Shown: positions 16,865 to 24,557, counted from the first letter of the stretch. The stretch is 59,247 nucleotides of DNA from an uncultured Candidatus Saccharibacteria bacterium (GCA_964365305.1 CAYIPG010000002.1:1-59247); one strand, 5' to 3'. Notes: generated by a model not told the origin, from the letters alone. Numbers and translations: made by a program.

Positions 16865-16925
16865 AGTTATATTTTAATCTATCGAACACTCGGTGTCTAA
16901 TAAAAATTTGATAGAAGGGACGCTT

Positions 16926-16961
16926 ATAAATAAAAATCCCCACCGGTTTTTTCCGGCGGGG
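16926..16961 (-). terminator. intrinsic terminator of the 39-aa ORF
   Basis: Minus strand: CCCCGCCGG-AAAAAA-CCGGTGGGG followed by ATTTTTATTT. Confidence 0.7.
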
Positions 16962-16994
16962 TGTGTGAGTAACCTCTATCGAGGTTCAACCTCA

Positions 16995-17114
16995 CTAATC
17001 TTTCTTGGGTTTTGGGGGCAGTTTATCTACTAGTTTCGTCCCGATCCACAAAAACAATAAATATCCTACTAGCAGCAGTCCTCCCACTAAATACCCCTTG
17101 TCTAAAAAATCCAT
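16995..17114 (-). CDS. 39-aa predicted membrane peptide (below the ORF-track cutoff)
   Basis: My translation: MDFLDKGYLVGGLLLVGYLLFLWIGTKLVDKLPPKPKKD. Strong SD GGAGGTGAG 5 nt upstream (AGGAGG core 8 nt upstream). Intrinsic terminator downstream at 16926-16961. Confidence 0.6.
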   Translation of the reverse strand: MDFLDKGYLVGGLLLVGYLLFLWIGTKLVDKLPPKPKKD

Positions 17115-17182
17115 TTTCTCACCTCCTTTCTAAGAAGAACTCATTTGAGAGACATATTACTCTTTTTAATTAAAATGTCAAA

Positions 17183-17211
17183 TTTAACTATGGTAAAAAA
17201 CTTGCTATCAT
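17183..17211 (+). promoter_or_regulatory. candidate promoter of the gatC leader (TTTAAC-17-TATCAT with TGC extension)
   Basis: Sequence match only. Confidence 0.4.
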
Positions 17212-17217
17212 AAAGTC

Positions 17218-17372
17218 ATATGACCACAGCACCAAAGCCCAGCCGTATCAGTGCTAGTAAAATGGTTGTCTGCGAGATGCCTGCGGCTCACTTCCTACAC
17301 TACGGATTACAGAAGCAGGATTGGTGCTGGGTCTATATTTTATAGTCGTTCACTATCGTTCACGAATAAAAT
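17218..17372 (+). promoter_or_regulatory. conserved structured 5' leader upstream of gatC (paralog of the proS leader)
   Basis: Shares GCCTGCGGCT, GATTTGGTGC(T/G)GGGT(C/T)TATATTTT(A/G)TAGTCG and CTCACGAA(T/C)AAAATATG with 49842-50008. A long-range helix is conserved. Confidence 0.6.
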
Positions 17373-17675
17373 ATGATTTCCAAAGAAGAAGTTAAACATA
17401 TCGCCGAGTTGGCCAGAATTAAGCTGACCGAGAGTCAGATAGAAAAATATCAAAAAGAGCTCTCGGGGATTTTGGATTTTGTCAGCGCGCTAGCGAATGT
17501 TGATACCACAGCTGTCGCGCCGATTAGGCAGATAACTGGACTGGAAAGCGTTTTTCGAAAAGACGAAGATCTTGGTCTGTTGGATCAAAACCAAGGTCAG
17601 ATTTTAATAAAACAAGCGCCGGAGCATCGGGACGGGTTTGTTGTCGTGCCCGAGGTTATTAAAAGAGACAAGTGA
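17373..17675 (+). CDS. gatC: Asp/Glu-tRNA amidotransferase subunit C
   Basis: 100 aa with a GatC-like sequence (EEVKHIAELARIKLTE...). Directly upstream of gatA. Confidence 0.9.
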   Translation: MISKEEVKHIAELARIKLTESQIEKYQKELSGILDFVSALANVDTTAVAPIRQITGLESVFRKDEDLGLLDQNQGQILIKQAPEHRDGFVVVPEVIKRDK

Positions 17676-17722
17676 CCTAATCAAATCCCAATTTCCAATG
17701 TTCAATTTACAATAAATTTTCA
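17676..17722. repeat. TTCAAT/TTACAAT word-repeat junction element (gatC to gatA)
   Basis: CCAATTTCCAATGTTCAATTTACAATAAATTTTCA followed directly by the ATG. Confidence 0.7.
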
Positions 17723-19168
17723 ATGAACCAATTTTCAAATTTGACCATAACTAAAGCGCGGGAGTTGTTGGATAATAAAGAAATTTCGGCGGTGGAATTA
17801 ACTCAATATTATTTAAATCAGATCAAATCCAAAAACAAAGATCTGAACGCTTTTTTGAGTGTGTCCGAATCGGCGCTGGATCAAGCTAAAAAATCAGACG
17901 AAGAAATCAAAAATGGCTCGGCTGGTTCTTTGGTTGGAATACCTTTGGCTATCAAAGATAATATTCTGGTCAAAGACGAAATTTGCACCGCCGGTTCCAA
18001 AATTTTAGAAAAATATAAAGCCGCGTATGATGCCACGGTTATTACCCGGCTAAAAAGAGCCGGCGCGGTGATTTTGGGAAAAACAAATTTAGACGAATAC
18101 GCTATGGGTTCGTCCACGGAAAACTCCGCTTTCGGTCCCACTAAAAATCCATACGATACTTCTCGCGTCCCCGGCGGTTCCTCGGGCGGATCGGCGGCCG
18201 CCGTGGCGGCCGAGATGTGTTTGGGCGCTTTGGGCACCGATACCGGCGGATCTATTCGCCAGCCCGCCAGTTTTTGCGGCGTGGTGGGATTAAAGCCAAC
18301 CTACGGCGCGGTTTCTCGTTTTGGCGCGGTGGCTTTGGGATCTTCACTAGATCAAATCGGCCCTCTGGCTAAAACAATTGAAGATGCCAGTTTAATTTTT
18401 GATGTTATTTCCGGCCACGACCCGTTGGATTCCACAACCGTGCCTAACAATACCCGAACCGCCGAACGAATTGCCGAAATAAACATTGGTGATTTAAGAA
18501 TCGGTTGGCCTAAAGAATATTTTGAGGCCGAGGGCATAGATCCAAAAGTCAAAGAAACTGTTCAAAAAGCCATAGCGTGGTATGAAGCGCAAGGTGCTAA
18601 AATTAAAGAAATCAGTTTGCCGCATACCCAATATGCTCTGGCGGCCTATTATATTATTCAACCAGCCGAATGCTCGGCCAATCTGGCCCGCTACGATGGT
18701 GTTCGTTATGGCGAGAGATCGGGTGATGGAGACCTAATGTCGGTTTATACCCAGAGCCGCGGCGAATTTTTAGGTGAGGAAACCCAGCGCCGCGTCATGA
18801 TTGGAACTTATGTTTTGTCTTCGGGTTATTACGACGCTTATTATTCCAAGGCGCAAAAAGTGAGAAGTTTAATTAAACAAGATTTTATAAACGCCTTTGA
18901 GGAAGTGGATGTGATTATGACGCCAACCTCCCCGGTCACGGCTTTCAAAATAGGCGAGCGGGTTAGCAATCCTTTAGCCATGTACGCCGCCGATATTTTT
19001 ACGGTTACCGCTAACCTTGCCGGTATTTGCGGCTTGTCCATCAACTGCGGCCAAGTAGACGGCTTGCCGGTGGGCTTGCAAATTTTAGGGCCGTGGTTTG
19101 AGGAGAATTTATTATTTAAAGTTGGTGAATTTTTTACACGATGCCAATATACAAATTTATGCGAATGA
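17723..19168 (+). CDS. gatA: Asp/Glu-tRNA amidotransferase subunit A
   Basis: Amidase signature GGSSGGSAAAVAA. The last 10 codons and the stop are encoded by the junction cassette. Confidence 0.93.
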   Translation: MNQFSNLTITKARELLDNKEISAVELTQYYLNQIKSKNKDLNAFLSVSESALDQAKKSDEEIKNGSAGSLVGIPLAIKDNILVKDEICTAGSKILEKYKAAYDATVITRLKRAGAVILGKTNLDEYAMGSSTENSAFGPTKNPYDTSRVPGGSSGGSAAAVAAEMCLGALGTDTGGSIRQPASFCGVVGLKPTYGAVSRFGAVALGSSLDQIGPLAKTIEDASLIFDVISGHDPLDSTTVPNNTRTAERIAEINIGDLRIGWPKEYFEAEGIDPKVKETVQKAIAWYEAQGAKIKEISLPHTQYALAAYYIIQPAECSANLARYDGVRYGERSGDGDLMSVYTQSRGEFLGEETQRRVMIGTYVLSSGYYDAYYSKAQKVRSLIKQDFINAFEEVDVIMTPTSPVTAFKIGERVSNPLAMYAADIFTVTANLAGICGLSINCGQVDGLPVGLQILGPWFEENLLFKVGEFFTRCQYTNLCE

Positions 19169-19233
19169 TACGAATAAAAATTCGAATGTCTTATTTGTAT
19201 AATTCGTATGTATTCGTAGATTAGCATCACATT
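19136..19233 (+). repeat. TACGAAT-family junction cassette, copy 5 (overlaps the gatA 3' end)
   Basis: ACACGATGCCAATATACAAAT...GTATAATTCGTATGTATTCGTAGATTAGCATCAC. The gatA stop 19166-19168 lies inside it. Confidence 0.9.
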
Positions 19234-19785
19234 ATGGATTTTTTATATAACTTTTCCGACAACTTCAATATTTTTATAAAAACCGGCCAGTTTAAGACCA
19301 TCTTGGCCACTTTCAAATGGTTGTTTATTGCTATGACTTTAGTGTTTATAAGTTTGTCGGTGTGGTTGCGAACCAAAGCTGGATTTTATACCGACTTAAA
19401 AATAAAATATTCTTATTATTTTAATCCCAAGAAAAAAGAGGAAGAACTTTCTGGTCCCAATACCAAAGAACTTGTTGATTACTGGGGCCATTTAACCATG
19501 CGTTTGAATTATCAGGACGAGGCCCAGTGGAAGTTGGCGGTGATAGAGTCCGATAATTTTTTTGACTATGTTTTAAGATATTTCCATTATGAAGGCGAAA
19601 GTATGGCCGAGCGGTTACAAAAAGTGCCGCCAGGCGTGTTAAATAACACAGATGATGTTTGGCGGGCGCATCGCATCAGAAATAGTTTGGTGCATGATCC
19701 CAATTACCGAATTTCTTACAAGCAGGCCGAATTTGTTATGAGCACCTACGCTAAAGCGCTCAAAGATTTGAAGATATTGGATTAA
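19234..19785 (+). CDS. hypothetical membrane protein
   Basis: One TM segment. ATG directly after the cassette. No recognisable family. Confidence 0.6.
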   Translation: MDFLYNFSDNFNIFIKTGQFKTILATFKWLFIAMTLVFISLSVWLRTKAGFYTDLKIKYSYYFNPKKKEEELSGPNTKELVDYWGHLTMRLNYQDEAQWKLAVIESDNFFDYVLRYFHYEGESMAERLQKVPPGVLNNTDDVWRAHRIRNSLVHDPNYRISYKQAEFVMSTYAKALKDLKILD

Positions 19786-19793
19786 AAAGATGT

Positions 19794-20702
19794 ATGTTTA
19801 ATTCAACTCCAAAATCAATTTTAGTGTTGGTCGCGATAGCTATAGTATCCGGGTTTATCGGCGGTTATGTGGCCAATAATGCTAGCACCGCTCCGGCTCT
19901 TTTTGTGGGCGCTGATAAAAATAACAATTTGGATTTAAAAACCAGCGCCGCGCCGTTGGCAGTGCCTAAAGCCAGTTTGGCCCAGGAAGAGGCGGTGATC
20001 AATATCGTCAAGAAATATTCGCCAGCGGTGGTGAGTGTGATTGTTTCTAAAGATGTGCCGGTTTTGGAAAAATGTTCCGTTAGCCCTTTCGGCAATGATC
20101 CCTTTTTTAAACAATTTTTTGGCGATATTCAAATACAAACCCAATGTCAAAAGGGCACTAAACTTAAAGAAGTTGGCGGCGGTATTTCGGAAGAGTTGCG
20201 AAACATTATTCAGACCGACGCGGCCATAAACAGCGGCAACTCCGGCGGGCCGTTATTAAATCTAAAGGGAGAAGTTATCGGCGTGAATGTGGCGATGGCG
20301 CAAGACGCGCAGGGCATTAGTTTTGCCTTGCCAATAAACGAGGCCAAAAAAGCGGTTCAGGGTGTAAAGTCACAAGGCAAAATTGTTTATCCATTTTTGG
20401 GAATTAAGTTTGCCACTATTACCGAGAGTGTTCAGAAAGCAAATAATTTGCCAGTAAGCGAAGGTGCGTGGTTGAAGGCGTCTAACGGTGAGTCGTCGAT
20501 AGTCAAAGATAGTCCAGCCGACAAAGCCGGCCTTAAAGCCGGCAACATCATCACCGAAGTTAACGGCGAGAAACTCACCACCAAAAACCTGCTCTCGGAT
20601 GTTATTCAAAAATTTAATGTGGGCGAGACCATAAACCTAAAAGTTCTCCGCGGTGAACAAACCATAACTATTCCAGTGAAGTTGGAGGAGAGGAAGTTTT
20701 AG
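19794..20702 (+). CDS. HtrA/DegP-like protein with PDZ domain, lacking the His/Asp part of the protease domain
   Basis: Has [18 protein letters not shown] (Ser motif) and a PDZ domain, but the segment between EVGGG and IQTDAAIN is missing and the protein contains no His. Confidence 0.8.
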   Translation: MFNSTPKSILVLVAIAIVSGFIGGYVANNASTAPALFVGADKNNNLDLKTSAAPLAVPKASLAQEEAVINIVKKYSPAVVSVIVSKDVPVLEKCSVSPFGNDPFFKQFFGDIQIQTQCQKGTKLKEVGGGISEELRNIIQTDAAINSGNSGGPLLNLKGEVIGVNVAMAQDAQGISFALPINEAKKAVQGVKSQGKIVYPFLGIKFATITESVQKANNLPVSEGAWLKASNGESSIVKDSPADKAGLKAGNIITEVNGEKLTTKNLLSDVIQKFNVGETINLKVLRGEQTITIPVKLEERKF

Positions 20703-20713
20703 GTTTCGTTGAC

Positions 20714-20742
20714 TTGTCAATTTCCGTTGTCAGTGATAATAT
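20714..20742 (+). promoter_or_regulatory. candidate sigma-70 promoter TTGTCA-17-TAATAT with TG extension
   Basis: Sequence match, upstream of the small ORF 20767-20952. Confidence 0.45.
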
Positions 20743-20766
20743 AACAGTTGAAAGGAGGTGGGTCGT

Positions 20767-20952
20767 GTGGCAAAAAAGATCAAGAAGCCCAAGGGAGAAG
20801 CTATCATAGTTTCTTCCAAAAAAGGATTAGAGCCGGATTTTTTCAAGGCGTTGATGGCATTTCAATACGGCGAAGGAGAGGAATCCGACGCTGGCTTTGA
20901 AGAAATGAAACGACAGGCTCAAATCCCGCCCAAGAAAGAGGTGGGGAATTAA
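20767..20952 (+). CDS. small hypothetical protein
   Basis: SD GGAGG 8 nt upstream of GTG 20767 (track start GTG 20758 is too close to the SD). Intrinsic terminator follows. Confidence 0.55.
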   Translation: MAKKIKKPKGEAIIVSSKKGLEPDFFKALMAFQYGEGEESDAGFEEMKRQAQIPPKKEVGN

Positions 20953-20996
20953 AAGAGAAATTTTAGCCGGCACTCCTTGAGCAAGGGTGCGCTTCG

Positions 20997-21031
20997 GCCC
21001 GTCGAGAATAAAAAACTCGGCGGGCTTTTTT
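20997..21031 (+). terminator. intrinsic terminator
   Basis: GCCCGTCGAG-AATAAAAAA-CTCGGCGGGC followed by TTTTTT. Confidence 0.8.
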
Positions 21032-21035
21032 ATCT

Positions 21036-21064
21036 ATTTGTGCAAAACTGAGTTTTGCACAAAT
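21036..21064. repeat. 29-bp perfect palindrome ATTTGTGCAAAAC-TGA-GTTTTGCACAAAT
   Basis: 13+3+13 architecture, just after terminator 20997-21031 and upstream of secD. Confidence 0.88.
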
Positions 21065-21141
21065 TTACCATCAGGAGGTACTTACCTTTCTTTCTGCTTT
21101 TGACTTTTCATTTTAGATTCGTTATATATAGTTGGTAATCT

Positions 21142-22467
21142 ATGAAACCCCGATTCGCTATACCATTAATAATTCTGCTGGCCGTTATCGCCGGATTTTT
21201 TGTTTATCCGGATTTTTTGCAAAAGGGTGGGGTTTATCCCTCATTTTTAGTCAGACCTTTCCGCTTGGGTTTGGATCTTTTGGGCGGCACGCATTTGGTC
21301 TATGAGGCCGATCTTTCTCAAATACCCGATAGCGAACGATCGGTGGCTATGGAAGGCCTGCGAGATGTGATTGAACGGCGGGTTAATTTATTTGGCGTGG
21401 CCGAACCATTAGTGGCGGTTAGCAAAGCCGGCGAGAGCTGGCGGCTGGTGGTGGAACTGGCCGGTGTTAAAGATATCAATCAGGCCATTCAAATGATCGG
21501 CCAAACGCCCTATTTGGAATTTAAGGAAGAACGCCCGGAGGCCGAAACAAAACAAATTTTAGAATCGCTTAACGGCCAAACGCCCGATCCCAAAATTTTA
21601 GATCCTTATTTTACGCCCACAGCTTTAACTGGCCGCTATTTAAAAAAATCAACCTTGATTTTTGAACCCACTAGCGGCCGCCCCGAGGTGTTGTTGGAAT
21701 TTGACGATACGGGTAAACAGATTTTTGGCGAGATAACTAAAAAGAATGTAGACAAACGGTTGGCGATTTATTTGGACGGTTATCCGATTTCCGCGCCGGT
21801 GGTTCAGCAAGAAATTATTGATGGTAATGCCTCTATTACCGGAAATTTTTCGGTGGTGGAATCGCGCCAGTTAGTGGCGCGGCTTAACTCCGGCGCTTTG
21901 CCGGTGCCGATCAGCGTGTTGTCACAACAGAATATCGGCGCTTCGCTGGGGCATGATTATTTGGTTAAAAGTTTGGTGGCCGGCATTGTTGGTTTTATTT
22001 TGGTGGCTTTGTTTATGATTTTTTGGTACCGCTTGGCGGGCGTGGTGGCAGTGTTAGCGCTTAGCATTTATTCAATTTTACTTTTAGCGATTTTTAAATT
22101 AATACCGGTTACGCTAACTTTGGCGGGCATTGCCGGTTTTGTGCTTTCTATTGGCATGGCGGTGGACGCTAATATCCTTATTTATGAACGGCTGAAAGAA
22201 GAATTAAGAAGCGGTAAAATTTTTGGCGCGGCTTTGGAAGAGGGTTTTAACCGAGCTTGGAGTTCTATTCGCGATTCCAATGTTTCCAGTTTAATCACCT
22301 GCGCCATTTTATATTGGTTTGGCAGCAGTATTGTGCGCGGTTTTGCTTTAACGCTGGCCTTGGGCATTTTGGCCTCCATGTTTTCGGCCATAACCTTAAC
22401 TCGAACATTTTTGCGGGGTCTGGCTGGAACTCGCCTCGCCAGAGTTAATTTTTTGTGGAAACACTAA
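21142..22467 (+). CDS. secD: protein translocase subunit SecD
   Basis: SecD periplasmic domain plus 6-TM C-terminus (LGLDLLGGTHLVYE, SIGMAVDANILIYER). Confidence 0.92.
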   Translation: MKPRFAIPLIILLAVIAGFFVYPDFLQKGGVYPSFLVRPFRLGLDLLGGTHLVYEADLSQIPDSERSVAMEGLRDVIERRVNLFGVAEPLVAVSKAGESWRLVVELAGVKDINQAIQMIGQTPYLEFKEERPEAETKQILESLNGQTPDPKILDPYFTPTALTGRYLKKSTLIFEPTSGRPEVLLEFDDTGKQIFGEITKKNVDKRLAIYLDGYPISAPVVQQEIIDGNASITGNFSVVESRQLVARLNSGALPVPISVLSQQNIGASLGHDYLVKSLVAGIVGFILVALFMIFWYRLAGVVAVLALSIYSILLLAIFKLIPVTLTLAGIAGFVLSIGMAVDANILIYERLKEELRSGKIFGAALEEGFNRAWSSIRDSNVSSLITCAILYWFGSSIVRGFALTLALGILASMFSAITLTRTFLRGLAGTRLARVNFLWKH

Positions 22468-22468
22468 A

Positions 22469-23356
22469 ATGATTTCAGTAATAAAGCATAAAAAAAAGTT
22501 TTTATTTTTATCGGGCGCCTTAGTTGTTTTAAGTATTGTTCCTTTGTTGTTGTGGGGACTTAAACCCGGTATTGATTTTACCGGCGGTTCGCTCTGGGAG
22601 ATTGAATTTATCAAAGACCGCCCCAGCAACGAAGCCATACTCTTTTCGCTTAAAAGTTTTAATTTAGAGAACGCTCTGATTCAGCCCACTGGAGAAAAAG
22701 GCGTGATTTTGCGTTTTCGAAGCATTAACGAAAAAACCCGTGAGACGGCTTATCGTTATCTTAACGATCTCTCGCCCCTAACCGAAAAATATTTTCAAAC
22801 CATTGGTCCCACCATCGGCCAGGAATTAAAAACAAAGTCGTTGCAGGCCGTTGTTATGGTTTTGGTTTTGATAGTGGCCTATATCGCCTGGGCTTTCCGC
22901 AAGGTCTCGCGGCCAGTGGCTTCGTGGAAGTATGGCGTGATTGCTATTACCGCTTTGGTTCACGATGTTACCATTCCGGCCGGCGTGTTTTCTTTTTTGG
23001 GAAAGTTTTATGACATAGAAGTTGACGCGCTTTTTATAACCGCTCTGTTAACGGTTTTGGGTTTTTCGGTGCACGATACTATTGTTGTTTTTGACCGCAT
23101 TCGGGAAAACTTAAAGCGCCGGCCTTCGGAAGATTTTTCTAAAACAATAGATGTCAGCATTAATGAAACCATCACCAGGTCCATCAACACTTCGTTCACG
23201 GTTATTTTGGTGCTGTTGGTCATTTTCTTTTTGGGTGGGGAAAGCACCAAATTCTTCGCTTTGACCCTTATTTTAGGCGTTTTTTTTGGAACTTATTCTT
23301 CTATTTTTGTGGCTGGGCCATTGTTGGATTGGGTAGGAAAAAAGGCCAGAAAATAA
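22469..23356 (+). CDS. secF: protein translocase subunit SecF
   Basis: GIDFTGGS motif and HDTIVVFDRIREN. Adjacent to secD. Confidence 0.92.
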   Translation: MISVIKHKKKFLFLSGALVVLSIVPLLLWGLKPGIDFTGGSLWEIEFIKDRPSNEAILFSLKSFNLENALIQPTGEKGVILRFRSINEKTRETAYRYLNDLSPLTEKYFQTIGPTIGQELKTKSLQAVVMVLVLIVAYIAWAFRKVSRPVASWKYGVIAITALVHDVTIPAGVFSFLGKFYDIEVDALFITALLTVLGFSVHDTIVVFDRIRENLKRRPSEDFSKTIDVSINETITRSINTSFTVILVLLVIFFLGGESTKFFALTLILGVFFGTYSSIFVAGPLLDWVGKKARK

Positions 23357-23362
23357 CCTTAG

Positions 23363-23391
23363 TTGACACATTTTTTGCTTAATGATAATAT
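23363..23391 (+). promoter_or_regulatory. candidate sigma-70 promoter TTGACA-17-TAATAT
   Basis: Consensus -35 and 17-nt spacing, upstream of 23487-24521. Confidence 0.55.
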
Positions 23392-23486
23392 GTATATTAT
23401 TAAAAGTAGTTTAAAGCCGGTAGTTTTTAGCTTGGTTGGATAGTTATTTTCTAACATCCTAAAAGTTAACGACTAACAGCTATTCA

Positions 23487-24521
23487 ATGATGCCCAAGTT
23501 TGAGATCAAAAAAATTATTAACCAGTTAATCGGGGGTTTATCGGACCGTTCCAGGGATGTTATTTTATCCCGATTTGGCATTGGCAAAAGCGATTACGAA
23601 ACACTGGAAGCCATTGGCCAGCGCTATGGCATTACCCGCGAACGGGTGCGGCAAATAGAAGCCGACGCCTTAAAACATATCCACAGCCCGGCTGGTGAAA
23701 ATCTTTACCGTCCCATTGTGGTGATGTTGCGCGAGTTCATAAAATCCCGCGGTGGAGTTATGGAGGAGGCCGCTTTGCAGGCAGAATTTGCCAGCGCTCA
23801 TTTTGAGGCCAAACCCGAGACAACTCAAAAATACGAACGGGCCACGATGCTGTTTCTTAACTTGGATAAAAGTTTTTCTCGTTCTAAAGAAGATGACAAT
23901 TTTTGGCCGCGTTGGGCTGTTGACTCTAATTCCGTAAAAAATCAGGAGGGTTTAGCGAGTCATCTTATCGCTTCCTTCAAGAAAACCAAAAAAGTCACTG
24001 ATCTAGCCGGTTTGATTGACTGGGCTGGCAAATATTCCGCTGGTTTGTCGCAGGACATTGTGATGGCTTATCTTTCTTCGGCCAAAGTTATCGCCAAAAA
24101 TGCTTTTGGCGAATGGGGTTTGATTGACTGGCCCGAAATTACTCCGCGAGGCGTAAAAGATAAGGCCTACTTAATAATGAAACGCCAGCGTCAGCCGTTG
24201 CACTTTAAAGAAGTGGCTGAAGCCATAAACAAATCCGCTTTTTCCAACCGGGTGGCCTTGCCGCAAACAGTTCATAATGAACTTATTAAGGACTCTCGTT
24301 TTGTTTTGGTCGGCCGAGGTTTATACGCGCTTAAGGATTGGGGTTATGAAGCCGGCACGGTTAAAGATGTTATTAAAAGTGTTTTGACCTCTGGTGGACC
24401 AATGCACCGCGACGCGGTTATCAAGGCCGTGTTGGCCAAGCGCTTGGTTAAACCCAGCACGATTATTTTGAATCTGAACTCTTTTAAAAAGGGCAGCGAC
24501 AACAAATACACCTCGGTTTAA
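23487..24521 (+). CDS. sigma-70 region-4-like HTH protein with C-terminal HARE-HTH-like domain
   Basis: N-terminal LEAIGQRYGITRERVRQIEADALKHI. C-terminal PLHFKEVAEAI...GRGLYALKDWG. Confidence 0.7.
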   Translation: MMPKFEIKKIINQLIGGLSDRSRDVILSRFGIGKSDYETLEAIGQRYGITRERVRQIEADALKHIHSPAGENLYRPIVVMLREFIKSRGGVMEEAALQAEFASAHFEAKPETTQKYERATMLFLNLDKSFSRSKEDDNFWPRWAVDSNSVKNQEGLASHLIASFKKTKKVTDLAGLIDWAGKYSAGLSQDIVMAYLSSAKVIAKNAFGEWGLIDWPEITPRGVKDKAYLIMKRQRQPLHFKEVAEAINKSAFSNRVALPQTVHNELIKDSRFVLVGRGLYALKDWGYEAGTVKDVIKSVLTSGGPMHRDAVIKAVLAKRLVKPSTIILNLNSFKKGSDNKYTSV

Positions 24522-24557
24522 TTGAAATTCTCTTATCTTATAGATAGAACCTAAAAA

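Larger units (their letters stand above)
16160..16899 (-). mobile_element. candidate IS200/REP-RAYT-like unit: Y1 gene bounded by AACAC-NNN-GTGTT palindromes
   Basis: Palindromes at 16160-16188 (perfect 13+3+13), 16669-16697 (perfect, intragenic) and about 16883-16899 (degenerate). Confidence 0.55.

Noticed and set aside
17218-17340. The gatC upstream structured region as SRP RNA, a tRNA or a canonical T-box
   Set aside because: It has no GGAA/AGCA helix-8 motif of SRP RNA, no tRNA cloverleaf, and no match to the T-box consensus GGGUGGUACCGCG or to a terminator/antiterminator pair. It is kept only as an unclassified conserved leader.
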